A stretch of DNA of 64,000 nt from an uncultured Planctomycetales bacterium (lineage in GTDB: Bacteria > Omnitrophota > Gorgyraeia > Zapsychrales > JANLHA01). The DNA is taken from positions 70,110 through 134,109 of the forward strand of contig CAYYRJ010000002.1 in the NCBI GenBank assembly GCA_964474085.1, in the 5' to 3' direction. The position numbers and the translations under genes are program-made. Below, in pieces: positions 1 through 10,991 of the stretch; position 1 is the stretch's first letter; each line of letters opens with the position of its first letter. A model generated the notes under the pieces. The model was not told the origin of the DNA, searched no databases, and saw only the letters and a list, made by a program, of their open reading frames with translations.

Positions 1-1072
1 TTAAATTTTGGCGTTTATTATTTTCAATCCCTGCAGAGCGATGCATCCAACAGATCAAGTCGACAACGCGATTAGAATAACCCCACTCGTTGTCATACCA
101 AGATAAAACACGAAAAAACCTTGTTTCATCTTTCAAATTACTTTTAAGCGTTGCCGGCGAATCATAAATAGCTGATCGATCATCATTGATAAAATCGGTC
201 GAAACTAATTCTTCCGGGCAATACCCCAAATATCGGCTAAGATACGTCGCTGAAGCTTTTTTCATTAACGCGTCGATTTCCAAAATTGATGCGTCTCTTT
301 GAGAACGAAAGGTCAAATCGACCAAAGAAACATCGCAGGTCGGGACCCGAAAAGATATTGCGCTAAGCTTGCCCTTTAAACCCGGCATGATCTTTGAAAC
401 GATCTTCGAGGAATTTGTCGTCGACGGAATAATATTAACCGCCCCCGCTCGCCCGCTTCGCCAATCCCTGTTTGAAAAACCGTCCACAATATTCTGACTT
501 GCCGTATAGCTATTGATCACGGTGACGAATCCCGACTCGATGCCGATGCCTTCTTTGATTAAAACATGAGCAAGCATCGCCAAGCAATGCGTCGTACAAC
601 TGGCCGCAGAAATAATGTCCTGTGCTTCTGCCAAATAGTCATTTTCATTGATTCCCATAACAATCGTTTTAATATCATCTTGACCCGGGGCAGTAACAAT
701 CACTTTCTTTGCGCCGGCGACCAAATGTTCACTGGCTGTTTTGCGTTCAGTAAATAAACCCGTAGCTTCAATAACAACATCGACCCCCAAGTCCCCCCAC
801 GGCAAATCACTGATCTTGCTTGGCGCGCTGATACACTTTATGCGATGCCCGTTAACAATCAGCGTTTCCTGTTCAGACGAAAAAACATCATGGGCTGTTT
901 TTCCGTGAACAGAATCGTACTTAAACTGATACGCCAGACAATCCGCATCCGCGTTTATCTCGACGATAGCTATGACATCTATCGTTTTTCCTAAATGACC
1001 CTGATTGCATATTGCACGTAGAACCAAGCGCCCAATACGCCCAAATCCATGAATACCTACCCTTATCGACAT
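1..1072 (-). CDS. gap: glyceraldehyde-3-phosphate dehydrogenase (type I); the 3' end runs past the window start
   Basis: Absent from the ORF track because no stop codon falls inside the window. Reverse-strand translation from the ATG at 1072 gives MSIRVGIHGFGRIGR (NAD-binding N-terminus), ...SAASCTTHCLAML (catalytic Cys motif) and ...WYDNEWGYSNRVVDL (the conserved GAPDH C-terminal region). Confidence 0.85.
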   Translation of the reverse strand, partial: MSIRVGIHGFGRIGRLVLRAICNQGHLGKTIDVIAIVEINADADCLAYQFKYDSVHGKTAHDVFSSEQETLIVNGHRIKCISAPSKISDLPWGDLGVDVVIEATGLFTERKTASEHLVAGAKKVIVTAPGQDDIKTIVMGINENDYLAEAQDIISAASCTTHCLAMLAHVLIKEGIGIESGFVTVINSYTASQNIVDGFSNRDWRSGRAGAVNIIPSTTNSSKIVSKIMPGLKGKLSAISFRVPTCDVSLVDLTFRSQRDASILEIDALMKKASATYLSRYLGYCPEELVSTDFINDDRSAIYDSPATLKSNLKDETRFFRVLSWYDNEWGYSNRVVDLICWMHRSAGIENNKRQNL

Positions 1073-1085
1073 AAATAATTCCCTT

Positions 1086-1697
1086 TCATTTAGAAATCAA
1101 AAAAAGCCCCGTTTGCGAAAAGAAGTTCGGAAAAAAATAAATCTTTTTCTCTTTACCAATAAAAACTTTCTGTTCAATCGTGATCTTTTTATCGCGGCAA
1201 TATTCGACAAAATCTGAAATACTCAAAAAATGAAGATTCGGCGTTGTATACCATTGATACGGCAAAGATGCATTGACCGGCGTTTTTCCAGCGAACAAAA
1301 CCTGTAATCGCGACTGGTAATACGCAAAATTCGGGAACCCGACAATTACTTTTCGTCCGACGCGCAAAGCATCTTCCAAAACTTTATCGACGAGTCGAAC
1401 CTGCTGCAAGCTTTGGTTTAAAATCACATAATCAAAAGACAGATCTTTATAGTCCGACAAACTACTCTCGATATTTCCATGAAGAATATTGATCCCTCGC
1501 TCAACGCATTTATAAATTTCGTCTACACGGATCTCAACGCCATACCCGCAGCAGTCTTTTTTATCAACAAGAAAATTTAACAACTCCCCATTGCCGCATC
1601 CAAGATCAAGGATCGATGTTTTAGGTTCTATCCACTCTAAAATTGCCTGATGATCGGGACGTATTTGCTCAAATTGTGTAGCCATCATCAACCTCAC
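1086..1697 (-). CDS. metW: methionine biosynthesis protein MetW (SAM-methyltransferase-fold)
   Basis: 203 aa with a LDLGCGNGELL glycine-rich methyltransferase motif. It lies immediately downstream of metX and overlaps it, which is the classic metX-metW pairing. Confidence 0.75.
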   Translation of the reverse strand: MRLMMATQFEQIRPDHQAILEWIEPKTSILDLGCGNGELLNFLVDKKDCCGYGVEIRVDEIYKCVERGINILHGNIESSLSDYKDLSFDYVILNQSLQQVRLVDKVLEDALRVGRKVIVGFPNFAYYQSRLQVLFAGKTPVNASLPYQWYTTPNLHFLSISDFVEYCRDKKITIEQKVFIGKEKKIYFFPNFFSQTGLFLISK

Positions 1698-2832
1698 AAT
1701 CGTTCAAAACATTTTCTAAAAAATGTCTAATCAAATGCGATTCTTCTTTAATCTCAACGAGAAAAGCGTCATGCCCATACGTCGATTCAATTTCGCAGTA
1801 ACTGATCTTAAGCCCGGCAAGCTTACAGGCGCGGACGATCTCCTGCGATTGGTACGCCGGATAAAGCCAGTCCGACTTAAACGAAATCACTAAGATTCTC
1901 GCCTTAACGTTGTAAAAAGCTTCCTCTAAAGGCTTTCCGTTAAATCCGTCAAAATGATCCATCGCTTTCGTAATATAAAGATATGAATTCGCGTCGAATC
2001 GTTTTACAAAATTATCTCCCCGGTTACGCAGATATCCCTCGACTTCAAAATCTGCCGTAAATTTTTCCCCTTGCGGCATTCCTTTCTTTTGGCGTCCAAA
2101 CTTTGCTGACATTGAGTGATCACTCATATAAGTTATATGTCCAATCATCCGCGCAACCGAAAGGCCTTTATCCGGCGGTAAAGCCCCATAATAATTCCCT
2201 CCATTCCAATGCGGGTCTGCCATGATCGCTAAGCGTCCGGCTTCATTAAACGCAATCTGCTGCGGAGAATGTTTGGCAGCCGTCGCAATAGGAATAGCGC
2301 TTCGAATGCTCGACGGATATTTCAAAATCCACGAAAGAACCTGCATTCCTCCCATGGAACCACCGGCAACCGTCAACAATTTTTTAATTCCCAAATAATC
2401 GATTAAACGTTTTTGGCAACTGACCATATCTCCAATGGTCAGCAACGGAAAATCTAACGCATAGTGTTTTCCGGTTCTGGGATTAACACTTGACGGTCCG
2501 GTTGAGCCTTTGCATCCGCCTAAGACATTTGAACAGATCACAAAATACTTATTCGTATCAAAGGCTTTCCCCGGGCCTATCATCGTGTCCCACCAGCCGG
2601 GATTCTTTTCACCTTCCTGATAACCGGCGGCATGCGCATCACCGGAAAGAGCATGAAGGATCAAAACTGCATTTTCACGACGATCATCTAATCGACCGTA
2701 GGTTTCAAAAGCAATGACAATCGGCCCAAATCTCTCGCCATTTTCAAGAATCAACTCATCAAACAAAAAATACTTTGTTTGAACGTTGCCCACCGTCCCC
2801 ACGGGGCTACTAATCACGGCGTGTGTTCTCAT
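1669..2832 (-). CDS. metX: homoserine O-acetyltransferase (alpha/beta hydrolase)
   Basis: 387 aa with a GGSMGGMQ nucleophile-elbow motif and MetX-like length. It sits between metY and metW. Confidence 0.85.
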   Translation of the reverse strand: MRTHAVISSPVGTVGNVQTKYFLFDELILENGERFGPIVIAFETYGRLDDRRENAVLILHALSGDAHAAGYQEGEKNPGWWDTMIGPGKAFDTNKYFVICSNVLGGCKGSTGPSSVNPRTGKHYALDFPLLTIGDMVSCQKRLIDYLGIKKLLTVAGGSMGGMQVLSWILKYPSSIRSAIPIATAAKHSPQQIAFNEAGRLAIMADPHWNGGNYYGALPPDKGLSVARMIGHITYMSDHSMSAKFGRQKKGMPQGEKFTADFEVEGYLRNRGDNFVKRFDANSYLYITKAMDHFDGFNGKPLEEAFYNVKARILVISFKSDWLYPAYQSQEIVRACKLAGLKISYCEIESTYGHDAFLVEIKEESHLIRHFLENVLNDCEVDDGYTI

Positions 2833-2871
2833 GCCATTAACCTTATCGATAATTACTTCTTCTATTTCGTA

Positions 2872-4308
<1,437 letters not shown>

Positions 4309-4323
4309 CTAACCGTTCAAACA

Positions 4324-5172
4324 TTAAAATTGATATTGCGAGCTTAAAACAATACCGTCGGCAAACCCTACTTTGGAGCTCGAATTTATGTCTCCGGTAT
4401 TCACATAAGCAGCGATCAAAGAGAGATCCTTGTTTACAAACCAAGCGACGTGTGCATCCCAGTAATCAGCATTTTTAAAAGACTTAAATTCGGCACCCTG
4501 CTTATATTCAAAACCAACCGCCAAGTAGCTCGTTGGAAGAATATCAATATTAAAGAAACCGGTCGTATCTCTTTTTTTGTCGTATCCTAAAACGCCTACG
4601 ACATGCCCTTGGGAAGAAAGCACACCGCCAGACAAAAGGACGGGTTTGGGGGTTTTAGTAATCAGCTTTGTGGCAACCAGATAAATATCCTCACCGCTAT
4701 CTTTTGTACCTGAGCTAAGTTTTTCCGTTTGCTTAAAAATTGTCCCGATAGAAATTGCTGGAAGATATGTCGTATCAAAAGAATTTTCAGGAAGTAATAA
4801 TAACTTGGCGCCGATATTGTTAATATGCTTGGTATCGACTTTTGCGATCGAGACTGTTTCGTGCCCGTAGGAAAGTTCCAATCTCTTAAACAATGTCTCA
4901 GCAACGCCAACCGTCGTCCAATCGATCTTCGCCGCATTTAAATTAACATACCAGCCACCAACCTGAGGTTTGCTAAAAATGCTTTTTAGGGCAAAAGTAT
5001 CGCTCTTTTCTTCTTCTGTCTGATCCCAAGCTTGCCCAGCCGGATAAGCTAAAGGATTAAAGGCAATACCGCCGACGCCTTGCGTATTTGTTAATGGAAC
5101 TCCCGCGTAAGCTAAACTTCCTCCCGAGGTGATGGCTAAAACGATTAAAGCTGCTTTTACGATATTTTTCAT
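4324..5172 (-). CDS. secreted protein, probable outer-membrane beta-barrel (unknown function)
   Basis: Has an N-terminal signal peptide (MKNIVKAALIVLAITSGGSLAYA). The alternating amphipathic composition and C-terminal ...YQF (terminal Phe) are typical of outer-membrane beta-barrel proteins. Confidence 0.5.
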   Translation of the reverse strand: MKNIVKAALIVLAITSGGSLAYAGVPLTNTQGVGGIAFNPLAYPAGQAWDQTEEEKSDTFALKSIFSKPQVGGWYVNLNAAKIDWTTVGVAETLFKRLELSYGHETVSIAKVDTKHINNIGAKLLLLPENSFDTTYLPAISIGTIFKQTEKLSSGTKDSGEDIYLVATKLITKTPKPVLLSGGVLSSQGHVVGVLGYDKKRDTTGFFNIDILPTSYLAVGFEYKQGAEFKSFKNADYWDAHVAWFVNKDLSLIAAYVNTGDINSSSKVGFADGIVLSSQYQF

Positions 5173-5286
5173 GTAAGAATCCTTTCCTTTGTTATATTTT
5201 CTAGCGGTCCAAAAATTATTTTTTACAATATCTGCGCAAATTACCGCATGCTTCTGTCAAACTTATTGTTATTGTTTGAGTAGGGA

Positions 5287-5472
5287 TCATTCACCTCCTT
5301 CACCGCGCCATTGATTGTCAAAGCGCCTTTTTTCTGTAATTTCCAGTTGAATAATTTTTGCGTCATGAACCTTAATGGTCACCGTGCCATATTTTAAAGA
5401 TTCAACAGCAGCTGATATTTCTTTGACAATTTCGTCATTTAAACCATTATTCTGTATTTTCTTTGCGTTCAT
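5287..5472 (-). CDS. small YezD/DUF2292-like protein
   Basis: 61 aa containing YGTVTIKVHDAKIIQLEITEKRRF, which matches the YezD-family core (G-x-V-x-I-x-V-x-D-G-x-V-x-Q-I-E). Confidence 0.55.
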   Translation of the reverse strand: MNAKKIQNNGLNDEIVKEISAAVESLKYGTVTIKVHDAKIIQLEITEKRRFDNQWRGEGGE

Positions 5473-5486
5473 GATGTCTCCCGGTT

Positions 5487-5533
5487 ATAAAACAAAAACC
5501 CACCGCCGTATTCATCGTATCCGTGGCAGTGGG
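5487..5533 (-). terminator. intrinsic terminator-like hairpin plus U-tract about 15-35 nt upstream of the yezD-like start
   Basis: On the minus strand a GC-rich hairpin (cccaccgcc / ggcagtggg, 8 of 9 bp paired) is followed directly by TTTTTGTTTTAT. It lies between a structured ~290-nt leader and the start codon at 5472. Confidence 0.5.
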
Positions 5534-5827
5534 TTGACCCGTCAAGCCTAATTATAAAATGGTATGTTTACTACACTGACGGTCCTCCATCACCGCGAAT
5601 TCGGTGCATCGTCAGGCAACAACACATAATTTTATTTGTAAATTCCGTAATAGTAAGCATTTTAATTCGTCCTAATAACAATTTTAAATCCATGAGAAAA
5701 CCTTAAGCGTCTATCTCTATAATCCCTATCGGATTTGTAGAGAATATAATTAAAAACAAAACTTGTCAAGATTTTTTTTAAAAAATCTTTTTTTTCGAAA
5801 GAGAATACTGCTTTTTAAAGAAGTTGC

Positions 5828-6217
5828 TTAAAAAAGGCGCTTTTTAAAAGCATATCGTATGCAGACAATCATAAACAAAGAACCGCACGCATTAACACAC
5901 ATGTCAGAAAAGGAAAAAGACCGGTTGGGAGTATGCAATTGAACAAATTCATTAAAAATTCCAAAAAAGACAGCGATTAAAAAGGCAGAGACCTGGCAGG
6001 GAAATTCAAAAGAACAAAAAGATAACAGCAAAATAAATGTCAAAACCGCATAAATTGGAAAATGAGCAAAATTCAAAACATTGTCAACCAACACCTGTGC
6101 GGTAGGATCCACTTTCGGGGCCGGCATGGTTGAGGTATACAGAATTGCCGCCATAAACATTCCACTTAAGATGATCCCAAAAGGACGCGGCAATTGAAAA
6201 CGAGATTTAGTTTCCAT
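5828..6217 (-). CDS. VanZ-family membrane protein
   Basis: Hydrophobic protein with a NEFVQLHTPNRSFSFSDMCVNACG segment resembling the VanZ (D/N)E(F/I)xQ...R...D...N..G motif. The internal Met (METKS...) is taken as start to avoid overlap with the upstream cupin gene. Confidence 0.5.
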   Translation of the reverse strand: METKSRFQLPRPFGIILSGMFMAAILYTSTMPAPKVDPTAQVLVDNVLNFAHFPIYAVLTFILLLSFCSFEFPCQVSAFLIAVFFGIFNEFVQLHTPNRSFSFSDMCVNACGSLFMIVCIRYAFKKRLF

Positions 6218-6218
6218 A

Positions 6219-6575
6219 CTACTTTTTTCGATTGTAGTCATCTTCAAGACGAACAATGTCGTCTTCAGCAAGATAATCGCCCGTCGCAACTTCGATGAAA
6301 ATCAACTTTTCCTGACCGGTATTCCCAATCCGATGGACTGCCCCAAGCGGAACGTCTAAAACGCTTCCCGGCATCACCACAATCTCTTTTCCATCGATAA
6401 TAGCCAACCCGCGGCCAGCAACAAAAATCCATTTCTCTGAACGCTTGTTATGTTTTTGCAAACTCAACCGCTCTTTTAAATTGACCTCAACACGCTTTAC
6501 CCAAACACCCTTCTCCTGATAAAGCTTCATATAATTGCCCCACGGGCGCTCGACAAATGTATCGGCGTCTTTCAT
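6219..6575 (-). CDS. cupin-domain protein (mannose-6-phosphate isomerase type-II-like cupin)
   Basis: 118 aa with ERPWGNY...KRVEV...GAVHRIGN, typical of single-domain phosphomannose-isomerase-like cupins. Confidence 0.6.
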   Translation of the reverse strand: MKDADTFVERPWGNYMKLYQEKGVWVKRVEVNLKERLSLQKHNKRSEKWIFVAGRGLAIIDGKEIVVMPGSVLDVPLGAVHRIGNTGQEKLIFIEVATGDYLAEDDIVRLEDDYNRKK

Positions 6576-6586
6576 GAAATTTTCTC

Positions 6587-6982
6587 CTATAACCGTTTTT
6601 GAATCGCCGAAAAGATCATTTCGGATTTTTCTTTATCGCCCAAAAGGCCAACGCGGATTTTGACCGTCGAACTGCGTTCAGTTTTCGCTTCGACATTAAT
6701 ATTAACATCAGTGCCATCGGAAAATTTGGCATTAATTTTTGCAGAAAGCCGATCTCCTTTATCTTCATAGACGGCAAGCCTTAAATCGCGCATCGCTCGG
6801 CTTATCGCCCGATGGAGTTTTTCTGCCGGGACAGCCACGTCATGCACCAATTCGCCTTTGACCCACGCAAAACCGCCAACGCCTGCGGCCGCGCCGATGA
6901 CCAGAGGAACACAACCCGACGATGCTAAAAGCAAAACTGCAACTACCACACTAGGCGCTAGCAACTGCCCTATTTTTTTCAT
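6587..6982 (-). CDS. lipoprotein (unknown function)
   Basis: Signal peptide plus lipobox (LLASSGC). Confidence 0.5.
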   Translation of the reverse strand: MKKIGQLLAPSVVVAVLLLASSGCVPLVIGAAAGVGGFAWVKGELVHDVAVPAEKLHRAISRAMRDLRLAVYEDKGDRLSAKINAKFSDGTDVNINVEAKTERSSTVKIRVGLLGDKEKSEMIFSAIQKRL

Positions 6983-6983
6983 A

Positions 6984-8270
6984 TCACTCCCCTTTTTTAA
7001 AGAAACTTTTAATTGCTGCGCTTAAATCAGCCAAATCTTTTTTGGTGTGCATGCTGCAAATAAAAAACGCTTCCAAATCCGCCGGCGGCATGTAAATCCC
7101 ATTTCCCAACAAATGCCAAAACAGTTTGGCATAAATCTCGTCGCTGGCCGCCTTGCGGGCATCATCATAATTTTTAACCGACTTATCCGAAAACCGGATA
7201 CTTAACATTCCTTTATAATGAGAAAGCCGCACGGCAATATTGTTCTGGGCAAAGAAATTATTAAGGTCTTGGGCAAAATGTTCTGACTTTTCATTTAAGA
7301 CACGATAAAAATCCGCATTAAGCAGTTTCAAGCTCGCCAGCCCAGCACGCATGACAACCGGATTGCCCGCAAATGTTCCAGCCTGATACACACCGCCTAA
7401 AGGCGCTAAACACTGCATAATCTCTTTTTTCCCGCCATAAGCTCCGACGGGAAACCCGCCGCCGATGATTTTGCCCAAACAGGTCAAGTCGGGCACAATA
7501 CCATAATCAGCCTGCGCACATCCTAAACTACTGCGAAAACCGCTCATGATCTCGTCGAAAATCAAAACGATTCCATATTTTGCCGTTATCTGACGCAGGG
7601 TTTTCAAAAAATCTTTGTCGGCTGGAATAACACCCATATTGCCGGCGACCGGCTCGATGATCACACAGGCAATATGCTCTTTATGCCGCTCAATGGTTTC
7701 AAGCAAAACTTGTGTATCATTATAGGGAAGACTTAGAGTGTTTTCGATATGGCTTTTAGGAATGCCTTGGCTGGACGATTGTGCGAGATTAGCAACACCG
7801 GAACCAGCGGTGGTCAATAAATCGTCAAAATGCCCATGATAACAGCCGTCAAATTTAACCACCAAATTTCTTTTTGTAAAGCCGCGGCTTAAACGAATAG
7901 CGCTCATCGTCGCCTCAGTGCCGGAATTGACAAAACGAACCAGTTCGATCGACGGCACAGCACGGGTAATAAATTTGGCCATGTCGATTTCAGCCCGTGT
8001 CGTCGTGCCAAAACTTGTTCCCCTCTCAACAGTCTTTTTGGCGGCAAGAATAGCGTTGCGCGGGCTGTGCCCTAAAATTAGCGCGCCCCACGAAAGACAG
8101 TAATCGCTATAGCCGTTGCCGTCGACGTCAAAAAGTTTTGGCCCCTTGCCGTACTCCATAACCAAGGGACTTCCCGCCACTCCTTTAAACGAACGGACAG
8201 GGCTGTTGACACCGCCGACTAACACTTTTTGCGCGTCTGAAAAATGTTCTAACGATTTTTTGCAAGCCAT
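6984..8270 (-). CDS. hemL: glutamate-1-semialdehyde 2,1-aminomutase
   Basis: 428 aa class-III aminotransferase with a HemL-like N-terminus (...FSDAQKVLVGGVNSPVRSF...). Confidence 0.85.
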   Translation of the reverse strand: MACKKSLEHFSDAQKVLVGGVNSPVRSFKGVAGSPLVMEYGKGPKLFDVDGNGYSDYCLSWGALILGHSPRNAILAAKKTVERGTSFGTTTRAEIDMAKFITRAVPSIELVRFVNSGTEATMSAIRLSRGFTKRNLVVKFDGCYHGHFDDLLTTAGSGVANLAQSSSQGIPKSHIENTLSLPYNDTQVLLETIERHKEHIACVIIEPVAGNMGVIPADKDFLKTLRQITAKYGIVLIFDEIMSGFRSSLGCAQADYGIVPDLTCLGKIIGGGFPVGAYGGKKEIMQCLAPLGGVYQAGTFAGNPVVMRAGLASLKLLNADFYRVLNEKSEHFAQDLNNFFAQNNIAVRLSHYKGMLSIRFSDKSVKNYDDARKAASDEIYAKLFWHLLGNGIYMPPADLEAFFICSMHTKKDLADLSAAIKSFFKKGE

Positions 8271-9217
8271 GGAAGAATCTCTTGGGTATGGTAACTGATA
8301 ATAATGTCCGCGCCGGCGCGTTTGATCGCGGTCAAACTTTCTAAAACAATGTCCTGTTCATTGATCCATTTCTTCTGCGCGGCAGCCTTGACCATCGCAT
8401 ACTCGCCGCTGACATTATAGGCGGCAATGGGAACATCTAAATTTTGACGCAACAAACTGACAACGTCTAAATAAGCCAAAGCCGGCTTGACCATAACGAT
8501 ATCCGCCCCTTCACTTATATCCTGCCGGGCTTCCTTGAGCGCTTCGCGGCTGTTGGCAAAATCCATCTGATACGTTTTGCGATCGCCAAAAGACGGGGTT
8601 GAGTCAGCTGCCTCGCGAAACGGTCCATAATAGGCGGAAGCGTATTTGACCGCGTAAGATAAAATCGCTGTGTCCGCAAAATTATTGTCTTCAAGAGCCT
8701 CCCGGATTGCCGCAACACGAAAATCCATCATGTCCGACGGGGCAACGATGTCCGCGCCAGATGCAGCGTGGGAAATGGCCATCTTAGCCAACAGAGGGAG
8801 TGTTTTGTCATTATCAATCTTTTCCCCATCCAGAATCCCGCAATGGCCATGTTTGGTGTAAGCACATAAACACACGTCCGTAAGAATCAAAAATTGAGGA
8901 AATTCTTTTTTAATTTGGCGAATTGTTTTTTGGACGATACCGTTTTCGCTATAGGCCTGACTGGCCAAAGCGTCTTTTTCTTTTGGCAGGCCAAAAAACA
9001 AGCCAGAGGACCCACCCAATTTGATATATCTTTCGATTTCTTTTAAAAGCAGATCCGCGGTAAACCGGTAAATTCCCGGCATAGAAAAGATCTCTTCCTT
9101 GCGATTGCGTCCTTCGATGACAAAAAAAGGCTGTATCAGCTCGTCGGGATTCAGGCGGGTTTCGCGAACAAGTGATCGGATAGCTTTATTTTTTCGTAGT
9201 ATGCGGTAACGGGACAT
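8249..9217 (-). CDS. hemB: porphobilinogen synthase (delta-aminolevulinate dehydratase)
   Basis: 322 aa with the HemB segments ...AILSYAVKYASAYYGPFREAADS... and MVKPA... Adjacent to hemL. Confidence 0.85.
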   Translation of the reverse strand: MSRYRILRKNKAIRSLVRETRLNPDELIQPFFVIEGRNRKEEIFSMPGIYRFTADLLLKEIERYIKLGGSSGLFFGLPKEKDALASQAYSENGIVQKTIRQIKKEFPQFLILTDVCLCAYTKHGHCGILDGEKIDNDKTLPLLAKMAISHAASGADIVAPSDMMDFRVAAIREALEDNNFADTAILSYAVKYASAYYGPFREAADSTPSFGDRKTYQMDFANSREALKEARQDISEGADIVMVKPALAYLDVVSLLRQNLDVPIAAYNVSGEYAMVKAAAQKKWINEQDIVLESLTAIKRAGADIIISYHTQEILPWLAKNR

Positions 9218-9377
9218 AAATTCAATTTTAGTAGTAGGAAACAGGCATGGCTGTTCTCTACCTTATGATGCACAGGCAAGTATATTATAGCTTTGTATTG
9301 ATAGCAAGAACTTCACTGACAACTTTCCAATTACCTCCCCCAACACCTTGAATAAAAGTAAATACCGTCGATTTCCC

Positions 9378-10904
9378 TTAACGAATATAGCGCTTTTTTA
9401 TGCGGCCGTGATTATCCATAAAAGGACCTGCATTCATACCATAGGTCTGTATAAATGGTTTTACCGCCTGCGGATATTCTTCTTGAGCTTTTTTGTAATC
9501 CGCGCTTAACTTGGTCAGCTCTGACGACAAAACAAGGTGCAGTTTTTCTTCAACAGCAGACTTCTGCGTGATATCTAAAAGTTCAAATTCAAAAAACGGG
9601 CGGGGATTCTTTCCCTCATCTTCCATTAGGGACAAAGCAAACGAATTAATATTCTTAGCTAATAATGGATCAGAATAAACAATACTTTCAATATCCTCTG
9701 GATAAATATTGGCTCCCATAACTGATACAGTGCTGTCTTTTCTACCGTAAATAAACAAAAAAGGCAAATACCACCGCGGATAATTGCATGATCGTTCTAA
9801 TTTTACAATGTCGATATTATGCGCACGTAAAATTTTTGCCATATCATCAAAAGTGATCATCCCACCCTCATCTTTGATGTTGTAGCGAATCCGGGGAGAA
9901 AGCGTCCACGGCTTACTGATTGTGACAATAATTTCGCGATCGACAATTTCAACAAAATGATCCAGCGGATTATATTGAAACAGCATCGGGATCCTGTGAT
10001 CATCGCCAAAAAGTGCTTTTTTAAGGATCGGATCATTTTGACAAAACTTACGAATCATAACTGTTAAAGGATTTTCCCCGCCAATGCCAATCTCCAAATC
10101 CGATGCGCCATAACCGGAAAACACGGTCTTAGCATATTGCAACAAATAATCACGCAAACCCTCAGACATTCCCTCTCCGCCGACAACAGCATGAATTTCG
10201 TAGTCCTTCCACAGGAATCCTTGCTTTTGACCTTCATCAAAAAGATATTTTAAAAACGGCGGATAACCATTAAGAATGTACGGATACTTATTACCAAAAA
10301 ATTGTAAAGTGCGCAGAATTTTGTCAATATCCGGGCCCGTCGATTTGACAACTCCCAGTCCTTGTGCCGCCAAGGCCATATTAAATCCAGTAGCCCATGC
10401 TCCCATACTAAAAGTATTAAGCACAATAAATTTTTTATTACCAAAACAATACCGCAAATACACGCCAATCAAGTTTTTGACGATTTCTCTTTCCTGTTGG
10501 CTTCTGACCCAATTATAGGGAATGCCTGTTGAACCGGATGACTCGTCGATCACAACGCCTTCAAAAAGGAATTCTCCCTGCAAACAGCGCTGCTCGGTTG
10601 AGAATGGAAGAATATAGTTAGCCTTATCCATGACTGGCAAAGTTTTAAATAGTTCATTGGCATTTTTTGTAATAGGTTCCCAATTGCAGCGATCAAGAAA
10701 AGTTTTGTAAGCCGGCACATTGCGATAGGCGATAAGAAATTCTTTAAACGCGCGATAACAACAAGCTTTTGCCCCATATTTTTGTGGGGCATGGCCAACG
10801 ATAAAAGAAAAAATCGGATAATTCTTTAAAATACCCGACTGGACATGATCAATAAGACTAATAAACAAAATACAAAGTCGATCAATAAACCTAATCTTAA
10901 GCAT
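9378..10904 (-). CDS. adenylate-forming enzyme of the phenylacetate-CoA ligase / coenzyme F390 synthetase-like family
   Basis: 508 aa with a SSGSTGIP AMP-binding P-loop-like motif and PaaK-family size. Substrate unknown. Confidence 0.55.
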   Translation of the reverse strand: MLKIRFIDRLCILFISLIDHVQSGILKNYPIFSFIVGHAPQKYGAKACCYRAFKEFLIAYRNVPAYKTFLDRCNWEPITKNANELFKTLPVMDKANYILPFSTEQRCLQGEFLFEGVVIDESSGSTGIPYNWVRSQQEREIVKNLIGVYLRYCFGNKKFIVLNTFSMGAWATGFNMALAAQGLGVVKSTGPDIDKILRTLQFFGNKYPYILNGYPPFLKYLFDEGQKQGFLWKDYEIHAVVGGEGMSEGLRDYLLQYAKTVFSGYGASDLEIGIGGENPLTVMIRKFCQNDPILKKALFGDDHRIPMLFQYNPLDHFVEIVDREIIVTISKPWTLSPRIRYNIKDEGGMITFDDMAKILRAHNIDIVKLERSCNYPRWYLPFLFIYGRKDSTVSVMGANIYPEDIESIVYSDPLLAKNINSFALSLMEDEGKNPRPFFEFELLDITQKSAVEEKLHLVLSSELTKLSADYKKAQEEYPQAVKPFIQTYGMNAGPFMDNHGRIKKRYIR

Positions 10905-10926
10905 TTGTGCCCTCGGTTAAACGCAA

Positions 10927-10978
10927 ATCCCCCAAACCCCTTTACTATTAAAGGGGGTGGCGCAGCCGGGGATTTTTT
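10927..10978 (-). terminator. compound GC-rich hairpin downstream of the TPR-lipoprotein gene (possible terminator)
   Basis: Nested inverted repeats (aaatcccc ... ggggattt enclosing cccttta/taaaggg) followed by a short T-containing tail on the minus strand. Confidence 0.35.
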
Positions 10979-10991
10979 ATAGATCTACCAA

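Noticed and set aside
566-757. 63-aa plus-strand ORF
   Set aside because: It lies entirely inside, and antisense to, the well-supported gap gene, so it is spurious.
5700-5830. Possible tRNA or small RNA gene in the AT-rich spacer
   Set aside because: No cloverleaf-compatible acceptor or anticodon stems could be built by eye. Only AT-rich palindromes are present.
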